A stretch of DNA of 43,418 nucleotides from a virus (Duplodnaviria > Caudoviricetes), in the IMG/VR virus record IMGVR_UViG_3300043173_000134, positions 1 through 43,418 of that record, one strand, 5' to 3'. This document shows positions 1 through 7,398 of this stretch, one piece after another. The position numbers and the translations under genes are program-made. The stretch's first letter is position 1; every line of letters begins with the position of its first letter. The notes below the pieces were generated by a model that ran no database searches, had not been told where the DNA came from, and worked only from the letters and a program-made list of their open reading frames with translations.

Positions 1-127
1 AATAGTTTATGCACGTTTATTTTGACTGAACAAAAACCGTTCTGAGAAAATTGGAAAGGAAAGGAAATCATGAGATTAATTATCACATACGAACTGAATG
101 GAGTTTCGAACGTTACGGAGACGGATG
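1..127. repeat. 127-bp terminal direct repeat (copy 1); circular-contig overlap
   Basis: 1-127 is identical to 43292-43418, and ORF 43118..43336 runs across the junction. Confidence 0.95.
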
Positions 128-252
128 AAATCTGTCGAGTGCGTGATGGATTCTGGATTGACGCTTCGGGAAAAATCTGTTTTTCGAATGAGGCTCAAAA
201 ATATATCATGCCGCACATGGTCAAAGAGATCAGAAAGGGAAAGAATGAGTGA
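70..252 (+). CDS. hypothetical protein
   Basis: SD GAAAGGA upstream of ATG; overlaps the next gene. Confidence 0.7.
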   Translation: MRLIITYELNGVSNVTETDEICRVRDGFWIDASGKICFSNEAQKYIMPHMVKEIRKGKNE

Positions 253-391
253 ATTTGAAGAGATAATGGAATTGCTTGATGACTTAAGTATCGATTTGGT
301 TGAATTTCAATACATGAATTTATTGGAAGAATTACGAATAGAAATACAAAGCAGGCAAGAAACAATTGCAGAAGAACAGGACAAAAGATGA
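245..391 (+). CDS. small acidic hypothetical protein (MSEFEEIMELL...)
   Basis: ATG 245 after GAAAGGGA; ATGA overlap with the next gene. Confidence 0.6.
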   Translation: MSEFEEIMELLDDLSIDLVEFQYMNLLEELRIEIQSRQETIAEEQDKR

Positions 392-603
392 TTAAATTTT
401 TGAAACGATTTGCAGAAAAGATCGAGGAATTGAGCGAACACGTTATTGGATATGAGGTGGATGCACATTGCAATCGAAATTTCTGCCCTGGCATAATAGA
501 GAAGGAGGAAGGGTCTTGTTGTTGTTCTGCTATCAGCAATCCTCCTTGTGGGTATTGTGAAAACAATCGAGTCTATTGTCCAGAGTGTGGCTGGGAAGGA
601 TAA
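388..603 (+). CDS. Cys-rich (Zn-binding) hypothetical protein
   Basis: CNRNFC, CCC..PPCGYC and CPECGW motifs. Confidence 0.7.
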   Translation: MIKFLKRFAEKIEELSEHVIGYEVDAHCNRNFCPGIIEKEEGSCCCSAISNPPCGYCENNRVYCPECGWEG

Positions 604-681
604 TATTTTATGTTTAATATGTGTATGAGACACGGAGCGGTTCTTTGCTCTGAGTGTCGCAAAGAAAAAGAAAGGAACAAA

Positions 682-1035
682 ATGAATCTTTTTAAATTAC
701 AAACAGAACATTGGGATATGATGGAAGAAAAAGGATGGCATATGGGAGAGGAGATTTCGTTTGGAGAATTTATCGCTCTTGGTCATAGTGAGTTTTCGGA
801 AGCTTTAGAATATTACAGAGTCCACGGGGCCGGTAACATTAATAAGATTTCGATCTTGGAAACGCCAGAGGGCGAGATGGACAAACCCCAGGGAGTTCCT
901 ATTGAACTTGCAGACGTGATCCTTAGGATTCTCGATTACTGTGAGACAACAGAGATAAACATTGAGAGCGCCATTGAAATCAAGATGGCCTATAACAAAA
1001 TGAGAGATCACAGACACGGAGGAAAGGTGATATGA
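682..1035 (+). CDS. MazG-like nucleotide pyrophosphohydrolase
   Basis: HSEFSEALE...ELADVILRILD...KMAYNKMR.HRHGGK; SD GAAAGGA before ATG 682 (alternative start 610). Confidence 0.85.
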   Translation: MNLFKLQTEHWDMMEEKGWHMGEEISFGEFIALGHSEFSEALEYYRVHGAGNINKISILETPEGEMDKPQGVPIELADVILRILDYCETTEINIESAIEIKMAYNKMRDHRHGGKVI

Positions 1036-1247
1036 GGCCTGTGAGATATTTTGCAATCAGCATGTTGAGAAGTCGGAGAGAAACTTTTTTTGAACATATT
1101 CATTCTGATTGTGGGAAATTTTTCTTTGACAGGCAGGACGTGTATGTGTTGGACGTGGATTCTTTTTATGAACATACTGACCAACGCATGATCAGTGTCA
1201 GATATAATCTTTTAACAGTGCAATGTGATCCAGATTTCGACTGGTAG
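1032..1247 (+). CDS. hypothetical protein
   Basis: ATGA overlap, SD AAGGTG. Confidence 0.55.
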   Translation: MRPVRYFAISMLRSRRETFFEHIHSDCGKFFFDRQDVYVLDVDSFYEHTDQRMISVRYNLLTVQCDPDFDW

Positions 1248-1260
1248 AAAGGAGCGGGTT

Positions 1261-1473
1261 TTGATTCAGATTAAAATAGATGTGGAACAAATGAAGTCAG
1301 GAAGAATTGCCGTTGAATTACAAACCGGGCTTTGCAAAAAAAGACCAATGACAAAAGGGGAGGCTCAGATTGCGGGTCAGTTAAACAGCATCCTCGCCTT
1401 GATCGTCGCTGATCTTGCAAGCATGATGCTGGTTCGTCAATGGCTGTTGGGCAGGAAGATGTCGAGACAATGA
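1261..1473 (+). CDS. hypothetical protein
   Basis: TTG start after GAAAGGAG. Confidence 0.5.
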   Translation: MIQIKIDVEQMKSGRIAVELQTGLCKKRPMTKGEAQIAGQLNSILALIVADLASMMLVRQWLLGRKMSRQ

Positions 1474-1509
1474 AAGGCATGGAAGATCTTAATCTTGAAA
1501 AAGGTGACA

Positions 1510-1887
1510 ATGAAAAAAGTGACTAAGTGCATAATTTGCAAAAAGCCAGTCAAACAAAAACGAAAGACGTCCACTGAAAGGCTGACATGCAAACGAAAGC
1601 GAGTCAACGGAGTTCTGGTAAAGTCTGAATGTGAGATGGAAAAAAACAGACGCTATCAAAAGAAGTATAGGAAAGAGCATCCTCCTGGCTCGATTTCCAA
1701 GAAATCAACTCAGGAGAAAAGCGTTGCTGAGAGTGACGGAAAACATCTTGCAAAGTTTAAAGCAGTTAAGTATAAAAGACGCTGTTTGAAATGCAGGAAG
1801 AAATTCACTGGAATCGGGAAATACAATCGGGTCTGTGGTTCTTGCACGATAGAAAATTCGAGAACGAAACCTTTGGTAGGAGGATAA
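1510..1887 (+). CDS. basic Zn-finger hypothetical protein
   Basis: CxxC pairs (CIIC, CLKC, CGSC), Lys-rich. Confidence 0.65.
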   Translation: MKKVTKCIICKKPVKQKRKTSTERLTCKRKRVNGVLVKSECEMEKNRRYQKKYRKEHPPGSISKKSTQEKSVAESDGKHLAKFKAVKYKRRCLKCRKKFTGIGKYNRVCGSCTIENSRTKPLVGG

Positions 1888-1891
1888 TAGA

Positions 1892-2509
1892 ATGGCGTCC
1901 GCTAGTCAGGCAAAAAAAGTGTTCAATCTTCATGTTGATGTCAATGATCTCACTGACATGTTTCAGGATATGAATAAGTCCTTGAAAACGGCTGTCGTTG
2001 GTACGCTGAACGTTATTGGCAGGGCAATCAATAAAGAGATTGCAACGGACATCAAGAAAAATTATAACATTAAGGCGAGATCGTTGAGACTGGGAAAGAT
2101 TGTCAGGCTCCGGAGAGCAGACGCCAGAAAAGTGGTTCCAACTTTTACAATCTCGATTCTAAAAAAGGGTCGCGGCCTTGCATTGTATAGTCCGATACGA
2201 GGCAAGGCTGGAGTGGGTGTGAAGATTAAGAAAGGAAGAAAAACTGTCAAGGGATCCTTCTTTATTAAATCTAAAAGAGGAATGACATTTGTTGCCCGCA
2301 AAGGCAAGCGGAGAGGTTTTATATTGCGAAAGTCTAGGACAGGAAGGAGTTATGTCGCCAGATCAAGTGATTTTTTATACGGTCCTTCGATTGCTCAATT
2401 ATATCGAAGGCGAACATCATTTAAGATGATTAGTAAGGTAATCAAGAGAGATTACAAAAAAGAGTTGAACAGGCAGTTCAACAATCAATTTGAAAAGAAA
2501 AGAAGATAA
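1892..2509 (+). CDS. lambda gpZ-like minor tail / tail completion protein
   Basis: Basic protein with a LN..GR...I...YNIK N-terminus and LYGPSIAQL near the C-terminus, typical of the gpZ family; SD AGGAGG. Confidence 0.65.
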   Translation: MASASQAKKVFNLHVDVNDLTDMFQDMNKSLKTAVVGTLNVIGRAINKEIATDIKKNYNIKARSLRLGKIVRLRRADARKVVPTFTISILKKGRGLALYSPIRGKAGVGVKIKKGRKTVKGSFFIKSKRGMTFVARKGKRRGFILRKSRTGRSYVARSSDFLYGPSIAQLYRRRTSFKMISKVIKRDYKKELNRQFNNQFEKKRR

Positions 2510-2525
2510 TTAATTTATTGAAAGG

Positions 2526-2945
2526 ATGATTATGAAGACAGACAAAAAGACTGACGCTCCAAAAATGAGCGCAACATTTAAAGAGAATTTAAAAACAAAG
2601 CTGACTGATCCTGAGTTGAAAGAATATGCAAAGACGCTTTCTGAGAAGTACATTGAAAACGTTCAGCTTGAAGCAGACAAGAAAGGAGTCATGGCGGAGT
2701 ACAAGGCGAAAATTGATGTGAAGCTGGGAGAGATGGGACTGTTGAGTCAAAAAGTTTCTACTCAGCACGAGTGGCGTGACGTTGAATGCCACTGGGCGTA
2801 TAATTGGAAGACGGATAAGAAGGCGTTAATCAGGGAGGACTCTGGAGCTGTTTGTCGTGAGGAAAAGATCACGCAAGCTGACAGGCAGAAACTTTTCCCA
2901 CTTAAAGAAAAGAGGGCCAGCGTTGAAGATGCAAAAGCTAAATAA
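2526..2945 (+). CDS. hypothetical phage protein (coiled coil; WRDVEC...IREDSG..R......RQ motif)
   Basis: Long ORF, SD GAAAGGA. Confidence 0.75.
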   Translation: MIMKTDKKTDAPKMSATFKENLKTKLTDPELKEYAKTLSEKYIENVQLEADKKGVMAEYKAKIDVKLGEMGLLSQKVSTQHEWRDVECHWAYNWKTDKKALIREDSGAVCREEKITQADRQKLFPLKEKRASVEDAKAK

Positions 2946-3180
2946 AAAACGCTTCCTTGGTGATCTTTGCGAATATGACCACGAGCATGAAAGCAGTGGC
3001 CAGAGCATTCGATATAAAGGTTGTAAAACATGTTGTGTGTGCAATGCGCTCTCTGTTGAGGCTAGAAAGCCTGATCACGAGAGATATAGAAACAATCCGA
3101 AGAACAAAAAGAAAATGTCAAAGTATCAAAAAAACTATCGGAAGAACTTTCGCAGAAAAGGTAAGAAGGTGAAGTCGTGA
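2929..3180 (+). CDS. Cys/His Zn-finger hypothetical protein
   Basis: FLGDLCEYDH...GQSIRYK.CKTCCVC followed by a basic tail. Confidence 0.6.
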   Translation: MQKLNKKRFLGDLCEYDHEHESSGQSIRYKGCKTCCVCNALSVEARKPDHERYRNNPKNKKKMSKYQKNYRKNFRRKGKKVKS

Positions 3181-3320
3181 AGAAACTGCCAAATCCTGCA
3201 GGTTTTGAGGAATGGATAGACGAAGTATTAAAACAAATCGCAATTACTTTGGATATCCCACAGGATTTATTAAAAGAAAGGTATGGGGAAGATCAAAAAG
3301 AAAGAGAAAGTCGAAAATAA
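3177..3320 (+). CDS. 47-aa microprotein resembling a segment of the portal protein (below the ORF-track cutoff)
   Basis: GTG start overlaps the upstream TGA (GTGA), SD GAAGGTG; sequence VKKLPNPAGFEEWIDEVLKQIAITLDIPQDLLKERYGEDQKERESRK. Confidence 0.55.
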   Translation: MKKLPNPAGFEEWIDEVLKQIAITLDIPQDLLKERYGEDQKERESRK

Positions 3321-3792
3321 ATTATTATCAATGAAAGCGTATGCAAAACAAAGGGGGGTATCGTATGAGATCATACGAAGATACTGCAAGGACAAGCCGA
3401 CAAAGATCACTCTTGTTTCTGGAAAGATTGACCCTGTACGAGCCGATAAAGAACTTGACGCAAATATCCAAATCAATGGGAATGCGAAACTTGGAACGAA
3501 GGGAGCAAAGATCACAGGAGAGAATCATACTGTTGAGTTCAACAAGGCGAAAGCACGGAGAGAGAAAAGCAAGGCTGATCTTGCGGAACTTGAATATGCA
3601 GAAAAGGCGGGAAAGGTTCACTGTAATGAATCTTGTGCGAGGGAGGCGGAGAGTTTATACAGAGCCTACAGGGATCAAATGCTGAACGTCACTATCAGGG
3701 CAACAAAGAAACTCTTGGGGGTGACTGACGAATTCAAATTCAGAAGAATCTTGAAGGCAGAAATCGAAAATGCTATTAAACAAGTTAAATAA
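3283..3792 (+). CDS. terS: terminase small subunit (Nu1-like)
   Basis: N-terminal HTH (LSMKAYAKQRGVSYEIIRRY...GKID) and coiled coil AKARREKSKADLAELEYAEKAGKV...YRDQMLNV. Confidence 0.8.
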   Translation: MGKIKKKEKVENKLLSMKAYAKQRGVSYEIIRRYCKDKPTKITLVSGKIDPVRADKELDANIQINGNAKLGTKGAKITGENHTVEFNKAKARREKSKADLAELEYAEKAGKVHCNESCAREAESLYRAYRDQMLNVTIRATKKLLGVTDEFKFRRILKAEIENAIKQVK

Positions 3793-3888
3793 ATTGTGAC
3801 GACTGGCGCGGGCGGAAAGATAGTCACATTCGGAACGGCAACATTTTTCATAAAGCTCCAGTGAGCCGTTCAACAGAAAGGAGATAAA

Positions 3889-4164
3889 ATGAATGACAAT
3901 AAAGACAAGGTGCCTGGGAAATTCCCAAAACTAGCTGACTTAAAAGGAATAGCACCTGATTTAACAGATGGTTTAAGCCCTGCCGAATTTGTTAGAAAAA
4001 TTAGAAATGAAGGTATGGAAGAAATATTGAAGCCGATTAGGGATAGGCTGGAAGTTGATAAGAGGACAGCCGGTGGTGCGGTAGATTATCAATGGCGGTA
4101 TAATAAAATGATAAGAGCAATCAAGGAAACTCTATCGCTTGCAGATAAGGAAGGGCAAAAATGA
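3889..4164 (+). CDS. hypothetical protein
   Basis: SD GAAAGGAG; ORF. Confidence 0.7.
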   Translation: MNDNKDKVPGKFPKLADLKGIAPDLTDGLSPAEFVRKIRNEGMEEILKPIRDRLEVDKRTAGGAVDYQWRYNKMIRAIKETLSLADKEGQK

Positions 4165-4424
4165 CAGACGAACAAGAAAGAAAACTTTATAAAATGGACG
4201 ATCAGCAATTATTGATCGAACTTGCCATTGCATTTGGCAATACGGACGACGGCGATCTGGGAAGCTATCACAGGACAAACTTGTTGAAGATATTCGAGGA
4301 TCTCAATCTTGATCACATGAAAGACTATCCTTGTGGTGTAAAGAAGCGAGACATGATATATCACACCTGTGACACGAAGCTCGCGTTGCACTGTGATGAC
4401 GCAAACGAAGGGAGCGGGGCTTAG
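4161..4424 (+). CDS. hypothetical protein
   Basis: ATGA overlap. Confidence 0.65.
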   Translation: MTDEQERKLYKMDDQQLLIELAIAFGNTDDGDLGSYHRTNLLKIFEDLNLDHMKDYPCGVKKRDMIYHTCDTKLALHCDDANEGSGA

Positions 4425-4425
4425 T

Positions 4426-5067
4426 ATGGCAAATCATTACGAGACGTTAGGGGTGCATAAGAATGAGACACAGGAAGGTATTAAAGATCACTATAGAATG
4501 CTGTCAAAGAAATATCATCCTGACAGGCCAGACGGCAATGCCGAGAAATTCAAAAAGCTTGCCAGTGCCTATGAAGTTTTAAGCGATCCAGAACGTAGAA
4601 AGATTTATGATCTCACTGGGAGCGATGTGACGGCAGCAGAATTCGACAGAAAGGCTGGTGGGCTTCTGCAACAAATATTTCAATTGGTTGTCACTCAAAA
4701 TGGACTTGCAAAAATGCCATCGGTTGATGTGATCACAGTCATGAATGAACAAATGAATCTTGGCATGAGAGAGCTTGAAAAAAATATCGAAGTGGCGAGA
4801 ACAAGCAGGAAGGGGATTGGAAAGGTTCTTAAAAAGTTGAAGCATAAAAACAAGATGAATCCGATTAGTGTTATGTTAAAGCACGAGATCCAGAAACACA
4901 CCGACACAATCACGAAGTCAAAGCAGGAGCAGAAGGTTGGGAAGCTTGCTATAAGGATGTTGAAGGAATACGGATATGACTTTGATCAGGAAGAAATGAA
5001 AGCATGGGCTCCTTTTTATGGACTGAATCGTCAATCCCACTCGGTTGTTTTTACAGGGACGAGTTAA
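4426..5067 (+). CDS. J-domain (DnaJ-like) protein
   Basis: NHYETLGV...IKDHYRMLSKKYHPDR...AEKFKKLASAYEVLSDPERRKIYD; intact HPD. Confidence 0.92.
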   Translation: MANHYETLGVHKNETQEGIKDHYRMLSKKYHPDRPDGNAEKFKKLASAYEVLSDPERRKIYDLTGSDVTAAEFDRKAGGLLQQIFQLVVTQNGLAKMPSVDVITVMNEQMNLGMRELEKNIEVARTSRKGIGKVLKKLKHKNKMNPISVMLKHEIQKHTDTITKSKQEQKVGKLAIRMLKEYGYDFDQEEMKAWAPFYGLNRQSHSVVFTGTS

Positions 5068-5255
5068 TGGACTCACTTAAAAAACTGGAACTGAGGTTGC
5101 GGCGGGCAATAGAGACTGACAAGAGGGCGAGGAAGGGCCACGACAAAACATGGCAGAAAGAGTGTCGGCAAAAGATTTCAACGTTAAGGGATTTAATCGC
5201 CGATGAAATAGCATACATCGAATATCATACTAGCATAAATGTCCTTGGGAGATAA
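5067..5255 (+). CDS. hypothetical protein
   Basis: TAATG overlap. Confidence 0.55.
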   Translation: MDSLKKLELRLRRAIETDKRARKGHDKTWQKECRQKISTLRDLIADEIAYIEYHTSINVLGR

Positions 5256-5257
5256 AA

Positions 5258-5629
5258 ATGAGTGAGAAGACAGAACAGAAATTATTGGTGAGTTGGTTTA
5301 GATATCAATACAAGCCATATAAAATAATTGCAATTCCGAACGCTCAGAAGTTCCTAGGCAAGGCGAAGAATATTTTTGCAATGATCAATTCGATGATTGC
5401 CGAAGGATTCGTCAAAGGCACTTCCGATCTATTCATTGCAAAGCCTGTTGGAGACTATGCAGGTCTGTGGCTTGAAATGAAAGACAAGTGTAAGTCCTAT
5501 GATGACGTTGAAGAAAATCAGAGAATATTTATTCAAGATATGTTGGACGCTGGATATTATGCGACATGGGCCGCTGGCTTCGAAAGTGGCCAGCGAGTAA
5601 TTCAAGATTATATGAATGGGTTATTATGA
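5258..5629 (+). CDS. VRR-NUC family nuclease (putative Holliday junction resolvase)
   Basis: SE..EQ..LV.WF...AIPN...GF.KGTSDLFI...GLWLEMK...Q. Confidence 0.85.
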   Translation: MSEKTEQKLLVSWFRYQYKPYKIIAIPNAQKFLGKAKNIFAMINSMIAEGFVKGTSDLFIAKPVGDYAGLWLEMKDKCKSYDDVEENQRIFIQDMLDAGYYATWAAGFESGQRVIQDYMNGLL

Positions 5630-5931
5630 TTAAATTAGTGAAAGGTGTCGGAAAAATGAAATATGGCAATCGTATAAAGATAAAAAAGGTGTATCGTGCA
5701 TTCAGGCATGGGCAAGAAAAAATCTGGAAACAATCAGATTTCAAGCGAGAAGATTGTATTTTTCTGGGTTACAGAACAATTAAAAATGGTAGTATTTGCT
5801 ATGATAGCGAATATGGGAATTATTTTGTTCCAAGCGAGTATATAAGAGTAATGCTTGTTTCCATTAATGCAAAAGAAAATCCTATTTATGTACCATTAGA
5901 ACAGGAGGTTGAAGATGGGCCAAGCAGATAG
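5626..5931 (+). CDS. hypothetical protein
   Basis: ATGA overlap; alternative start 5656. Confidence 0.65.
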   Translation: MIKLVKGVGKMKYGNRIKIKKVYRAFRHGQEKIWKQSDFKREDCIFLGYRTIKNGSICYDSEYGNYFVPSEYIRVMLVSINAKENPIYVPLEQEVEDGPSR

Positions 5932-6181
5932 GCGGGGAACATTCGAACAGAGAAAAGCAAAAGCAATCATCAAAAGAAAAGCAATGGTGAAGGTTACATT
6001 GAAAGAACTTGAGACTCCAGATCCAGTGCTGTCAGAAGAGGAAAGACAGAAGCAGTCTCACGCAAGAATTGCCATGTTATCATTCGCGGCGATGCTGAAT
6101 AGGTCGGGAATGTCAGTGAAAGAAGGAAAGCGCAGATTGAAACGATATTATAAAAAAGGAGTAAAAAGTGAAGAAACCTGA
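5915..6181 (+). CDS. hypothetical phage protein (MGQADRRGTFEQRKAKAI)
   Basis: SD AGGAGG; N-terminus typical of small phage proteins. Confidence 0.7.
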   Translation: MGQADRRGTFEQRKAKAIIKRKAMVKVTLKELETPDPVLSEEERQKQSHARIAMLSFAAMLNRSGMSVKEGKRRLKRYYKKGVKSEET

Positions 6182-6464
6182 TAATAGTTTCATGGCGATT
6201 TTATCTTGCAGATTAAATTGTTGGGAATGGCCCCTTTTTCTGCCATTTAAACCAAAGAACTGGAATATGATTTCGACTCGCGCACAATATAGAAATAAAA
6301 TTTTCGGATTTTATGTGTGGCTTGTTAGGAACCTAACAACAAAGAAAGAGCGGTCAATGGCCTGGCACACTGTCAAGCTTTCTCGCACCAAAGAAGAGTT
6401 TGATCTGTGGTGGGAAAAGAACTCTAAATCAGTATTGGCGCTTGACAAATTAATTTATTCTTAA
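6168..6464 (+). CDS. hypothetical protein
   Basis: GTG start, SD AAGGAG. Confidence 0.55.
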   Translation: MKKPDNSFMAILSCRLNCWEWPLFLPFKPKNWNMISTRAQYRNKIFGFYVWLVRNLTTKKERSMAWHTVKLSRTKEEFDLWWEKNSKSVLALDKLIYS

Positions 6465-6466
6465 AG

Positions 6467-6546
6467 CTTAGCGGCTGTGCAAGGGCATCCACGCTCCATT
6501 GATATGGGGACCCGGGACCGTTGGTTCAACTCCAACCCGCAAGTGA
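6467..6546 (+). ncRNA. degenerate tRNA-like element
   Basis: Perfect T-arm GTTGG-TTCAACT-CCAAC (6520-6536); acceptor-like CTT(A)GCGG/CCGCAAG; short D-like hairpin GTGC-AAGG-GCAT; anticodon-like stem CTCCA-TTGATA-TGGGG with only a 6-nt loop. Confidence 0.35.
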
Positions 6547-6598
6547 GAGAACGAGAGAGGTTCAAACCTGAGTGGCTCGCCCTTGCGTATAAAATAGA

Positions 6599-6626
6599 TT
6601 GACGATACAAAAGCAATTGTTATAAT
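6599..6626 (+). promoter_or_regulatory. sigma70-type promoter for the HNH gene
   Basis: TTGACG-16 nt-TATAAT with extended -10 TG. Confidence 0.75.
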
Positions 6627-6642
6627 ATATTGATATAAATAT

Positions 6643-6724
6643 TTGTGCTACCGACACAATTAAATAGTTGTAAAGAGACCCTGTGATAGATACGTCGGTA
6701 GCGTGTTTGTTGCGGGGTTTTTTA
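6643..6724 (+). promoter_or_regulatory. structured 5' leader (kissing-loop hairpins / attenuator-like)
   Basis: 19-bp stem with 8 G-U pairs (6675-6721) and a U tract; its loop GTCGGTAGC is complementary to GCTACCGAC (6647-6655). Confidence 0.6.
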
Positions 6725-6735
6725 TTGGAGAAATT

Positions 6736-7344
6736 ATGCCGCCAAAAAGAGAAGATTTAATCGGGTTGAGATTTGGTAGATTAGACGTGTTGAAATATCA
6801 TGGATTGTCTGGTAATAATAAAACGCTTTGGGTTGTTAAATGTGACTGCGGAAAAGAAAAAATTGTCCGTAGTGATCATATGAAGTCGGGCAGAACAAAG
6901 TCCTGCGGTTGTTTAAGTAGAGAAATGGCGTCAGACCGTAATCAAACGCACGGAATGACACAAAGTCCAATATATAAGACTTGGGCAGGCATGAAAGATA
7001 GATGCTTAAATAAAAAAAATACACATTACAAAGACTATGGTGGCAGAGGGATTAAGATGTGTGAAGAATGGGAAAGCAGTTTCGAGAAGTTTTATCGTGA
7101 TATGGGTGGGAGGCCAGAGGGATTGACACTGGAAAGAATTGATAATGATAAAGGGTATTATAAGGAAAATTGTAAATGGGCAACAAGGAAGGAGCAAGCT
7201 AATAATACACGTAGAAATAGAATATTAACGCACAATGGGATATCTCTAACAATGTCGCAATGGGAAGATGAATTAAATATCAATAAAGGAGCATTGAAGG
7301 TGCGGCTAAGAAGAGGCGTTTCGCTGAGTAAGGCGTTACAATAA
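6736..7344 (+). CDS. free-standing HNH homing endonuclease
   Basis: GLRFGRL...W..KCDCG...SCGC...W.GMKDRC...YGGRGI..C..W..F..F..DMG.RP...LERIDNDKGY...NCKWAT..EQANN; AT-richer than its flanks. Confidence 0.9.
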   Translation: MPPKREDLIGLRFGRLDVLKYHGLSGNNKTLWVVKCDCGKEKIVRSDHMKSGRTKSCGCLSREMASDRNQTHGMTQSPIYKTWAGMKDRCLNKKNTHYKDYGGRGIKMCEEWESSFEKFYRDMGGRPEGLTLERIDNDKGYYKENCKWATRKEQANNTRRNRILTHNGISLTMSQWEDELNINKGALKVRLRRGVSLSKALQ

Positions 7345-7398
7345 AAAGAGCATTTAATAGAACTTTGACTTGCAAAAGTTTTGTTTTATTATTTGTGC

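Noticed and set aside
6467-6546. Functional tRNA-Ile(GAT) or tRNA-Sec
   Set aside because: 6-nt anticodon loop, bulged acceptor stem, non-canonical D arm and no CCA; kept only as a tRNA-like RNA.
6600-7398. Group I intron around the HNH gene
   Set aside because: No interrupted host gene (terL is intact downstream) and the HNH has its own promoter; no intron core recognised.
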